From positions 313,717 through 377,716 of the forward strand of contig CAWBYM010000017.1 of assembly GCA_963792945.1 (NCBI GenBank): 64,000 nt of DNA, written 5' to 3'. Position numbers and translations under genes: made by a program. This stretch comes from an uncultured delta proteobacterium (lineage in GTDB: Bacteria; Desulfobacterota; Desulfobacteria; Desulfobacterales; SG8-13). Below the pieces are notes generated by a model. It ran no database searches. It worked only from the letters and a program-made list of their open reading frames with translations, and was not told the DNA's origin. Each line of letters opens with the position of its first letter. Position 1 is the stretch's first letter. Of the stretch, positions 20,101 to 28,673 are shown piece by piece.

Positions 20101-20284
20101 ATTAGTGCCCATCCATGAATAGTGGATGGCACAATGGTGTGTCCAATTTATAAATGAGAATTTTTTTCGCTGGGCAAGGCCGCACAAGGGTTTGCGGCGA
20201 GGCGTACTTTATGTACGCCGCAGCCGGAAACCTGCGGAGAACGCCGGCCAGTGGAAAAAAGGCCATTTATGGATGGACACTAAT
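20101..20284. repeat. ~184-bp imperfect palindromic / multi-hairpin element in the AT-rich spacer
   Basis: Outer inverted repeat attagtgcccatcca (20101-20115) / tggatggacactaat (20270-20284). Nested arms are gtgtcca...ataaatg...ttttttcgctgg versus ccagtggaaaaaa..catttat..tggacac. The GC-rich core contains hairpins ccgca/tgcgg, ggcgtac/gtacgcc and gccgg/ccggc. Confidence 0.6.
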
Positions 20285-20527
20285 TAGGCCGATGTGATGG
20301 ATGCGAGTCAGGATCGATGGGCCGAATTTCATTAAAGTTGGCGTGAAATCACCATACATTGGCATGAAAAGCCAAGCATTATGCAGCATCTGCCTTATCG
20401 TATGGTCAACCTTGATACAGTTGTTCAAAACGTTTTTCGCTGTGCCGAGGACCTACAGCGAGGAGCCGATTCGATAAGATAGGCAGAAGCGAGGTTGGGT
20501 TAAGGCCCGACAAAAATAAAATTACCA

Positions 20528-20556
20528 TTGATAGTTTGTTGCTAAATGATTAAAAT
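20528..20556 (+). promoter_or_regulatory. sigma70-like promoter candidate for the SGNH-PKD gene
   Basis: TTGATA (20528-20533), 17-nt spacer, TAAAAT (20551-20556), about 50 nt upstream of ATG 20606. Confidence 0.5.
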
Positions 20557-20605
20557 GTGCGAAATTTTTTTGGTTGAATTGTAAACTTTAAAGAGACAGA
20601 CAATT

Positions 20606-22016
20606 ATGAAGGTTATCAAATCACTGATTATACTGACGGCGGTACTTATGGCGGCAAACGTCATGGCCGCCCCGATTCGCATCATGCCGCTGGGAGACTC
20701 GATCACTGAGGGAATCGGTACATTCTCAACCACAAACAGGGCCTATCGCCGCGCGCTCTACTTGGAGTTGGTAAACTCCGGCTATAACGTGAATTTCGTA
20801 GGGAACCGACCCCCCGCCGGCATTCCCACCGATTTCGACCGCAACCATCAGGGGGAGGGTGGCATTCGAGACGATCAGGTTGCGACTGATGTCATTAACT
20901 GGTTGAACCAGAATCCGGCGGACATCATTTTGCTTCACATTGGCACCAACGGCATGGAGGATCCCGGCGGTGAGAGTTCAGCCGATGTCGAAAACATTTT
21001 AGACAACATCGACACATGGGAGTCATCGATAAACGGGCGATCTGTCATCGTCATTTTGGCGAGGATCATCAACCGGAGCTGCCGTACCGATCCAACACCA
21101 TGCCTTGAGAGTTCGACGACGACGCAGTTCAACAACAATGTTGCGGCCATGGCCCAAACGCGCATCAGTGGAGGGGATCGCATCATTGTTGTAGACATGG
21201 AGAACAGCGCCGGGATCGACTATCGGTTGTCGGCCGTTGGCGGGGATATGGCCGATGATCTGCATCCAGACGACAACGGATTTGGACTTATTGCCGACAA
21301 GTGGTTCGATACATTGCTGACCGCCGTTTTGCCGCAAGCCGATGCCGGCATCGATCAGACCGTCGACGAAAACACGACCGTCACGCTTGACGGATCTCTG
21401 TCTTCCGATCCCGATGGCACCCTGACGTACCTGTGGTTACAGCTGTCGGGGACACCCGTCACCCTCTCCAGCACTGCGGCAGTGAAACCCACTTTTACGG
21501 CCCCTGAAATCGGGCCGGGTGCCGCTGAACGGCTGACATTCCGGCTGACTGTAACCGACAACGACGGGTTCGAACATCAGGATTCCGTTTTCGTCGACGT
21601 GAACAACACCCTGTCCGCCCCGGTGGCCGACGCCGGACCGGATCAGAGCGCGGTGGCCGGAGATACCGTTACCCTGAATGGTTCCGCGAGCGACCCTGAT
21701 GGTGGCGCCATCATTGACACCTTATGGACGCAAGTGTCGGGGACTCCCCTGGTTTCGCTCTCAACCCCCGGCAGTCTGACAACGAGTTTCGTTGCCCCAA
21801 CCGTCGCAAACAGTGGAGAGGTGCTCAGACTTTAAACTGACGGTTACAGACGAAGATAACCTGACAGGCGAGGCTTTCGTCAACGTGACGATCACCAACG
21901 TCGCCCAGGTTATTACCCCCCCCCCAACGAATGGCGGTGGCGGCGGCGGTGGGTGTTTTATTCAGACGGCTGCCAATCCCCTGAAGGGCTTGATGAAATG
22001 GTTGAGCACCAATTGA
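20606..22016 (+). pseudogene. secreted SGNH/GDSL hydrolase + two PKD-like Ig domains + Gly-rich CFIxTAA tail, with one frameshift near 21830
   Basis: Signal peptide MKVIKSLIILTAVLMAANVMAA and the SGNH block I motif PLGDSITEG. Two ~90-aa repeats follow (DAG.DQ.V....TVTL.GS.S.DPDG ... L.F.LTVTD.D). The frame changes at agaCtttaaa (EVLR | FKLTVTDEDN). The C-terminus is TPPPTNGGGGGGGCFIQTAANPLKGLMKWLSTN. Confidence 0.7.
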
Positions 22017-22435
22017 CGGCCATAAAAAGCCGTTAGCGGGCCAGCGGCCAGGAAGGGTATCGTTCCGTTCCGACCACCCCGGTGGATTTCAAGGACCCGC
22101 TCGTCATTCTGTGGCAGGGCGCGCTTCCTGCCCCGCTAATCCATTTAAGGGAAGACGATTTCAATTTGATGATCCGACAAAACTGCTCTTATCGCGCCCC
22201 TCATTCGGCTGTCAAATTTTCCAGAATACGATCTACGGTGCCCCGGGCAGCGGCGACCACAACGAAATCGATTGCCAGGGTGAAGCCCACCTGAGCATGG
22301 GTATGACAACGTGCTTTCCCGGATAAGGCCGGGGCCGCAATTGGCTTCTACCGGGGAGGCGGCCGCGGGCGTTTGGCCTGCTGCGGCACTGCGGAACGGA
22401 GTGGAACAGTGGCTAAGGCCGAGTCCCGAAAGCGC

Positions 22436-23122
22436 ATGAAGCCTCACCCCAGCTATGAAGAATACGAATCAAAATGGGTGAGTCTCTACAACACGCTGAA
22501 CTATGGATCTTCGCTGTCGAGCCGATTACTGCACCACAGCCATGTGCTGGCCGAGAAAAAGTTCGAAAGCAAGCAGCATTTACGCCGGGTATTGGAGGTC
22601 GGTGCCGGGACCGGGGCCCACTTGGAGTGTGTGCGCCACGCTTTCGACGAGTACGTCATCACCGATCTGCGCTATGACATGCTAGAAAGGGCAAAGAGCC
22701 AATATGCGGGGCGGTTCACAAATCGAGTGTCTTTCAAACAGGAGAACGCGGCCAAGCTGTCGTTTGAAGACGGCAGGTTCGATCGCCTGATTGCCATTCA
22801 TGTTCTGGAACATCTGAGCGATCCACATATGGTGTTGGCTGAATGGGCCCGAGTGGTCTCTCCGGGAGGGATCGTGACCATTGTCTTGCCTTGCGATCCG
22901 GGGTTACTCTGGCGGATGGGCCGATATTTCGGGCCGCGGCGAAATGCTACGAAGCATGGTTTGGAGTACGATTACTGGATGGCTCGTGAGCATATCAATT
23001 CGGCATACAATTTAATCCACCTCATACGATTTTATTTTGACCGGCTGAACGAAGCGTGGTTCCCCGTGCCGGTACCGAGCGTTGATTTGAATCTCTTTTA
23101 TATCGTCCACATCACGGTTTGA
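22436..23122 (+). CDS. class I SAM-dependent methyltransferase
   Basis: Motif I VLEVGAGTGAHL and the post-I/II segments FDRLIAIHVLEHLSDP and PGGIVTIVLP. I chose ATG 22436; the track ORF begins at 22373. Confidence 0.75.
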   Translation: MKPHPSYEEYESKWVSLYNTLNYGSSLSSRLLHHSHVLAEKKFESKQHLRRVLEVGAGTGAHLECVRHAFDEYVITDLRYDMLERAKSQYAGRFTNRVSFKQENAAKLSFEDGRFDRLIAIHVLEHLSDPHMVLAEWARVVSPGGIVTIVLPCDPGLLWRMGRYFGPRRNATKHGLEYDYWMAREHINSAYNLIHLIRFYFDRLNEAWFPVPVPSVDLNLFYIVHITV

Positions 23123-23191
23123 CGCTGGGGAAAGTGTTATTTTCCAAAAATCAAAATCAAATGACATGGCGGTTCCTATCAGCCAGGCCGC

Positions 23192-23518
23192 TTACGGTTT
23201 TTTACGTGAGATCTGACTTTGCATACCGGCTGTCCGGTCTACCGGCAGGACCATGGCAATACCTGTTCCAGGTTCGCTGAATCGTCCGGCGGCCTCGATG
23301 GCGGAAAGGATTGGCTCGACAATGGCATCTTCGGCCAGGAAAAGAATCAGTTCCGTGCGGATGTCCAGACTGAGCCCGAAGAACGTTTTCGCCTCGCCGG
23401 CACCCGTTCCCGACGCCGGCACGATGGTCGCCCCGGTCGCCCCGGCCTTTTTGGCCGAATCGACGACCTGGTCGGTGAGGTTCGGCTTCACCATTGCAAT
23501 GATGCATTTATAGGCCAT
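23192..23518 (-). CDS. P-II family (PII-like) signal-transduction protein, 108 aa
   Basis: MAYKCIIAMVKPNLTDQVVDSAKKAGATGATIV... follows a beta-alpha-beta PII-like pattern with a short T-loop-like GTGAGEAKTFFG. AGGAGG lies 9 nt before ATG 23518. It is the last gene after the two DUF1538-like genes. Confidence 0.7.
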   Translation of the reverse strand: MAYKCIIAMVKPNLTDQVVDSAKKAGATGATIVPASGTGAGEAKTFFGLSLDIRTELILFLAEDAIVEPILSAIEAAGRFSEPGTGIAMVLPVDRTAGMQSQISRKKP

Positions 23519-23585
23519 TTTATTTTTTCCTCCTTTAACCGAATCGCGGCAAGTATACACTTAAATTGCCATAGGGTGTCGCATC

Positions 23586-24344
23586 TCATTTTCTCAGTTG
23601 TCGCCGCCGCACCCGCCACTGCGCCAGCTGGGCGTATCCCAGGACACTGATGATCGGGAATAAGCTCGCAAAGGCAATGAGCCCGAATCCGTCCAGTACC
23701 GGACTGCGGCCGGGGACGTTTGACGCCAAACCCAGGCCGAGCGCCGCTACAAGGGGCACGGTAACCGTCGAGGTGGTCACTCCGCCTGAATCATAAGCCA
23801 GGGGGATGATCATCCGCGGCGCGAGAAAGGTCTGGACGGCGACGATGATATACCCGATCAGAATATAGATATAAAGGGGAGTGCCGGTAACAATGCGGAA
23901 TGTGCCGAGCGTAATTCCGACCGCGACGCCTATGGCCACCGCGATGCGCAGCCCCATGGAAGATATGGCCCTGCGCGAAGCCTCCTCCGCCTTGTTGGCG
24001 ACGGCGATGAGCGACGGCTCGGCGATGGTCGTGGAAAACCCGACCAAAAAAGCGAACAGGTATATCCATCCATAAGCCGTCCAGATCTGGCCGTTGTCAG
24101 CTTTGGCGCTTTCGGCCAGTTGCAGGGCCATGGTCCGGCCGACTGGAAAGAGGGCCAGGTCCAACCCCCCCAGAAAACAGGCCATTCCGACGAGCACCAG
24201 GCCGAACCCGAAGATAATTCTACCCGGTCTTGGAAGGGGCCTTTTCAAGACCACCATTTGGAACACCACAAGCAGACCGACGACCGGCAGCACGTCCTTG
24301 GCCGTGGCCAGCAACAACATGATCGGATCAAAGAGAAGTTCCAT
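23586..24344 (-). CDS. DUF1538-like integral membrane protein (paralog B)
   Basis: Polytopic, with the conserved block PLAYDSGGVTTSTVTVPLVAALGLGLA...DGFGLIAFASL. ATG 24344 is preceded by AGGAG, which overlaps the upstream gene's TAG stop. Confidence 0.75.
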   Translation of the reverse strand: MELLFDPIMLLLATAKDVLPVVGLLVVFQMVVLKRPLPRPGRIIFGFGLVLVGMACFLGGLDLALFPVGRTMALQLAESAKADNGQIWTAYGWIYLFAFLVGFSTTIAEPSLIAVANKAEEASRRAISSMGLRIAVAIGVAVGITLGTFRIVTGTPLYIYILIGYIIVAVQTFLAPRMIIPLAYDSGGVTTSTVTVPLVAALGLGLASNVPGRSPVLDGFGLIAFASLFPIISVLGYAQLAQWRVRRRQLRK

Positions 24345-24351
24345 TTGTCTC

Positions 24352-25104
24352 CTAATGGGCCAACAGGCCGTAAACCATGACAAATATCATCGGGGTCAGC
24401 GATGCCAGGGCGATCAGTCCGAATCCGTCGGTCAAAGGGTCCCTTCCGCGAATGGTGCGGGCCAGACCGACGCCCAGCGCTGTGACCAGCGGCACGGTGA
24501 CGGTCGAGGTTGTCACGCCGCCCAAATCGTAGGCCAGCCCCACGATCTCCTCCGGTGCAAACAGCGTCATCAGCATCACCAGAAGGTAGCCGCCCACGAT
24601 GAGTATCGGCAGCGACCACCCGCGAAGGATTCTCAACACCCCGAGGACGATGGCGATGCCGACCGATAGCGCCACCGTTAACCGGACATGAAGGGCGTAG
24701 CGTAGAATCACGGCGGTAGTGTTGTCGATAAGACCGGCCTCAGCCGCCGCCTTGGCTCCTTCGCGGGTTACCGCGATCAGGGCCGGCTCGGCGACGGTGG
24801 TGCCGAATCCCAGGGCAAATGAAAACAGCAACAGCCAGAAGAGGCTGCCTTTGCGTGCGAACTCCTCCGCCAGAGTTTCGCCGAGGGGGAAAAGGCCCAT
24901 ATCCAAGCCGACGACGAAAAGCGCCAAGCCGATTATGACCAATACCAACCCGGCCAGAACCGACACCAGTTCCGGGAACGGTTGGCGCAGAACCAGGATT
25001 TGAAACAGGACGATCACGATAACGATCGGGGCCAAATCACGGCAGGCCCTGATCAGGGCGACGCCTATGGCTTTTATGAATTGGAGGAAGAATCCGGAGG
25101 GCAT
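24352..25104 (-). CDS. DUF1538-like integral membrane protein (paralog A)
   Basis: Polytopic, with the same block GLAYDLGGVTTSTVTVPLVTALGVGLA...DGFGLIALASL. It is clearly paralogous to the downstream gene. Confidence 0.75.
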   Translation of the reverse strand: MPSGFFLQFIKAIGVALIRACRDLAPIVIVIVLFQILVLRQPFPELVSVLAGLVLVIIGLALFVVGLDMGLFPLGETLAEEFARKGSLFWLLLFSFALGFGTTVAEPALIAVTREGAKAAAEAGLIDNTTAVILRYALHVRLTVALSVGIAIVLGVLRILRGWSLPILIVGGYLLVMLMTLFAPEEIVGLAYDLGGVTTSTVTVPLVTALGVGLARTIRGRDPLTDGFGLIALASLTPMIFVMVYGLLAH

Positions 25105-25302
25105 GGATCACTTTCGTCTGCTGGATGTGGTCGGCGGTAGGCATTCACCGGACGGATCGAGGCGTAACATGATGAGACCGTTGACGGAAATTCGGGTCAG
25201 GAGAAGGCACATATAGTGAGGCCGGTACGGCTTTTAATTGCATAGGCTGAAGACTGTTCATGAACTGCCGCTGGGGCATGGCATGAAGGCACCAAGGGCC
25301 AT

Positions 25303-25340
25303 GTCCTCTTAAGAAAACGGCGGGCCTTTGAGTCCTCCAA
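25303..25340 (-). terminator. putative terminator after the 103-aa ORF
   Basis: On the minus strand: cgggcc, 18-nt loop, ggcccg, then ccgttttctt, beginning 15 nt after the stop. Confidence 0.4.
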
Positions 25341-25355
25341 GGTCGGCCCGGCAGT

Positions 25356-25667
25356 TTATTCCCATTTACCGATAGGGCAAAGGTTCAGCGAACTTATGGT
25401 ATAAGACCCTTTGCCTTTATCGGATTTCTTGCAGTAAATCCTTTTCTGGCCGCTTCCGTCAAAATGACCATACATCGTGAAGGCGTGTTTGCATCTGTGA
25501 TCAAATGGTTGGCACACAGGCCACTTGCTGAAGAATCTGTCCGCAAACTCCTGACCGAATTCAATTTCCTCCCTGGGAACCATCGATTTAGTCCTTTCAG
25601 AATAATCTGGCGCTTCAACACTATCTGCGATGATCAGCTCATCACCTGAGAGTAACCGCAACCTCAT
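25356..25667 (-). CDS. hypothetical small protein with 4 Cys (start uncertain; an internal ATG gives 75 aa)
   Basis: ORF only; I recognise no family. It is visibly more AT-rich than its neighbours. The sequence contains WPVCQPFDHRCKH ... IYCKK ... LCPIGKWE. Confidence 0.4.
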   Translation of the reverse strand: MRLRLLSGDELIIADSVEAPDYSERTKSMVPREEIEFGQEFADRFFSKWPVCQPFDHRCKHAFTMYGHFDGSGQKRIYCKKSDKGKGSYTISSLNLCPIGKWE

Positions 25668-25752
25668 TCCTACACATCGTTGGATGGTTTTACAACTGCC
25701 GGCCGGCCACCTGATATGGATCTATATTTATTGCCGAATGAAATCAACCTTT

Positions 25753-26592
25753 TTAAGTTTCCATGTTTTTACGCCGCTGCTCGCTGCGGGACAAGTGTGT
25801 ACACAGGCCCCGGTTATAAGGCGGCCTGGCAGCGAGAACTTGACCGATAAAATCCCGATATGCGCGGGCCGCAGCACCCCAGTCGGAATTTTGGTTCATA
25901 TGTTCCCATACTTGGCTCAATTTGAGGCCAGACTGGTACGTCATGTTAAACGCCTCTTTGATTTCCCGACGATCTTGCGGGGTGATATCCGGTCGTCGTT
26001 GTAAGCCGACCACATTGATCGAAATCACATTATTCACTCCCGAGCAGACCACATACGGCGGCACATGCATGCTGGCAAAGGCCCCGCCCTGAAACATGGC
26101 ATTTTCACCGACCCAGCAAAATTGGTGCACGGCACCGTTCGCCGGCAATATGGCCCCTCTGCCGATTGTGCAATGACCGGCAACCAGGGCGCCGTTCACC
26201 AGGGTTACGTTGTCGTGAATAATCGAGTTATGTCCGGCGTGAGAGTTGGCCATCCATAGTGTGTTATTGCCGACGATCGTTTTCTGACCACTTCCGGTGG
26301 CGCGGGAGACCGTCGCTCCTTCTCTAAAGATATTCCGGTCACCAATTTCCAAATAGGAAACGGTACGCGGATCATATTTGATATCCTGTGGATCACCACC
26401 GAGGACGGCATGGGAGTCCACAAAGTTATTGGCCCCCATTGTTGTATATTTGCGAACGACGGCGTGTGGGCGAATAACCGACCCGGGACCGATGATCACG
26501 TCGTCCTCGATGATTGCATACGCACCGATATCAACGCCTTCGGCGATCGCGGCCGTTGGATGCACAATGGCCGTTGGATGAATTTTAGCCAT
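25753..26592 (-). CDS. lpxA: acyl-ACP--UDP-N-acetylglucosamine O-acyltransferase-like (LpxA family, hexapeptide beta-helix)
   Basis: MAKIHPTAIVHPTAAIAEGVDIGAYAIIEDDVIIG... hexapeptide repeats, the GGDPQDIKY segment, and a helical C-terminal domain. No lpxD/fabZ/lpxB neighbours are in the window. Confidence 0.7.
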   Translation of the reverse strand: MAKIHPTAIVHPTAAIAEGVDIGAYAIIEDDVIIGPGSVIRPHAVVRKYTTMGANNFVDSHAVLGGDPQDIKYDPRTVSYLEIGDRNIFREGATVSRATGSGQKTIVGNNTLWMANSHAGHNSIIHDNVTLVNGALVAGHCTIGRGAILPANGAVHQFCWVGENAMFQGGAFASMHVPPYVVCSGVNNVISINVVGLQRRPDITPQDRREIKEAFNMTYQSGLKLSQVWEHMNQNSDWGAAARAYRDFIGQVLAARPPYNRGLCTHLSRSEQRRKNMET

Positions 26593-26969
26593 ATTCTATC
26601 TTTCCATGTCGATGACACCGAAGAATTCCAACGATTGGCCACTGGTCATCTTTGGTGGCGCTTACCATGAGCGAAGGGGGACAGGCGAAGTTAAGCCCTC
26701 TATTGGGGCGATCAAACGAGCGGCATCAAGCGCCCAGATTTACCAATAATTCAAGCGCAAGTGCTGACTCACCTCAAGGACGGAACGGTCAAATTCGGTG
26801 ATGCATACCACGATCGGTTGATCGACGCAATTTACAAAAATCATTCTTTGGGGCGAACTTCCTGTTAGCTTCCGCGCGGTTGAGACACCAGAGGATGGTG
26901 CATGTCGCCGTTGAGAGCCGATAAATCCGTTGCTGCCGTCAACGAAACCGATTAGTCGGTTTTAAACCG

Positions 26970-26998
26970 TTGCACAGCCATTCGATGGTGTTTAAGAT
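26970..26998 (+). promoter_or_regulatory. sigma70-like promoter candidate upstream of gabD
   Basis: TTGCAC (26970-26975), 17-nt spacer, TAAGAT (26993-26998), about 108 nt upstream of ATG 27106. Confidence 0.35.
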
Positions 26999-27105
26999 CT
27001 TTTATATACCGAGTATGCGAAACGACACCCGCCACGATTCAAAACAGTGGATCGGTTTCTCGTGCGACGAAAATATCTACTTACCAAATGGATGGAGAAA
27101 ACTAG

Positions 27106-28566
27106 ATGATCCCGTTAAAAGACGACACCTTGTTCAAACAGCAGGCTTTCATCGACAACCTCTGGGTCGATTCAGCCGCCGGCGACAAGATACCGGTGAT
27201 CAACCCCTCAGACGGCGGCCGACTGGGCACGGTCCCTTCGCTAGGTGCGGACGAGATCGACAGAGCGGTCGATGCCGCCGAGAGGGCCTTTGCAGAGTGG
27301 CGCAGGCAAACGGCCAAGGAGCGCGCAGCGGCGTTGCAACGCTGGTTCCGGCTGATTTTGGAAAACAGGGAAGATGTGGCGCGCATCATGACAGCCGAAC
27401 AGGGAAAACCCCTGACAGAAGCCAGGGGAGAGGTCGGCTATGCAGCGGCATTCATCGAGTGGTATGCCGAAGAAGGCAAACGGATATACGGTGACATCAT
27501 TCCGACCCATCAGCCCGGAGCGCGGATCGTGGTGCTCAAAGAGCCGGTGGGGGTGTGCGCGGCCATTACCCCCTGGAATTTTCCGGCGGCCATGATCACC
27601 CGCAAGGCGGGAGCGGCGCTGGCCGCCGGCTGCCCCATCGTCGTCAAGCCCGCGAGCCAGACGCCCTTTACCGCCCTGTCCTTGGCCGAACTTGCCAAGC
27701 GCGCCGGGTTGCCGGCGGGGGTGTTCAACGTGGTGACCGGAGAGGCGGCCGTGGTGGGGGAGGCCCTTCTTGCCCATGGCGCCGTAAGGAAAATATCGTT
27801 TACCGGATCGACCGAAGTCGGAAAGCAACTCATGCGCCGCAGCGCCGACTCCATGAAAAAGGTTTCGCTGGAATTGGGCGGGCACGCTCCGTTTATCGTG
27901 TTCGACGACGCCGATATGGATGCCGCCGTTGAGGGCGCGGTAGCATCCAAATACCGCAACAGCGGCCAGACATGCGTTTGTGCCAATCGCATGCTGGTCC
28001 AAGAACATGTGCACGACGAATTTGCCCGCAAACTCGTGGAGAAGGTCAAGGCTCTCGAGGTCGCCGATGGTTTCGAGCCCAGCTCCCAGCAGGGACCGCT
28101 CATAGACATGGCCGCGGTCGAGAAAGTGGAAGCGCACATCGGTGATGCCGTATCCCGAGGCGCGAGACTGTTGACCGGCGGTCGGCGTCATTCCAGGGGC
28201 GGCACCTTTTTCGAACCCACCGTGTTAGCCGCTGTCACAGCCGAAATGCGCATCGCCCGTGAGGAAACGTTCGGGCCGGTGGCCCCGATCATCCGCTTCG
28301 AGAGTGAGGCCGAGGCTATCCGGCTGGCCAACGATACGGTTTACGGGTTAGCCGCCTATTTCTACAGTCGGGACATCGGCCGCATCTGGCGTGTTTCAGA
28401 GGGATTGGAGTATGGCATCGTGGGCATCAATACCGGCATCATTTCCACCGAAGTGGCCCCTTTCGGCGGCATGAAGCAATCTGGCATCGGACGGGAAGGA
28501 TCGAAATACGGTATCGATGAGTATTTGGAAATAAAGTACCTGTGCATGGCCGGGATTGATTCTTGA
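27106..28566 (+). CDS. gabD: NAD(P)+-dependent succinate-semialdehyde dehydrogenase (aldehyde dehydrogenase family)
   Basis: 486 aa. It contains ITPWNFP, FTGSTEVG, the ELGG catalytic Glu region, and the GQTCVCANR catalytic Cys. The overall pattern is GabD-like. Confidence 0.85.
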   Translation: MIPLKDDTLFKQQAFIDNLWVDSAAGDKIPVINPSDGGRLGTVPSLGADEIDRAVDAAERAFAEWRRQTAKERAAALQRWFRLILENREDVARIMTAEQGKPLTEARGEVGYAAAFIEWYAEEGKRIYGDIIPTHQPGARIVVLKEPVGVCAAITPWNFPAAMITRKAGAALAAGCPIVVKPASQTPFTALSLAELAKRAGLPAGVFNVVTGEAAVVGEALLAHGAVRKISFTGSTEVGKQLMRRSADSMKKVSLELGGHAPFIVFDDADMDAAVEGAVASKYRNSGQTCVCANRMLVQEHVHDEFARKLVEKVKALEVADGFEPSSQQGPLIDMAAVEKVEAHIGDAVSRGARLLTGGRRHSRGGTFFEPTVLAAVTAEMRIAREETFGPVAPIIRFESEAEAIRLANDTVYGLAAYFYSRDIGRIWRVSEGLEYGIVGINTGIISTEVAPFGGMKQSGIGREGSKYGIDEYLEIKYLCMAGIDS

Positions 28567-28673
28567 AGGAAATCGTTTCAGTGGGGTAACAAATGAGTGA
28601 CGGGGTTTCGTCGACTGACAAAACCCCGCTACGACCTTGCGGTGGTTTTTCATCCGGTAGAAGGGCCGGCGCC

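Noticed and set aside
20126-20142. A sigma54-like TGGCAC-N5 motif inside the palindromic element.
   Set aside because: The -12 element reads TGTG rather than TTGC(A/T), so only the -24 half matches.
22190-22335. A short minus-strand frame (…SGKARCHTHAQVGFTLAIDFVVVAAARGTVDRILENLTAE) in the spacer before the methyltransferase gene.
   Set aside because: It looks protein-like, but it is only ~48 codons after a stop, has no clear start or RBS, and I recognise no family. It may be a gene remnant, but that cannot be supported from sequence alone.
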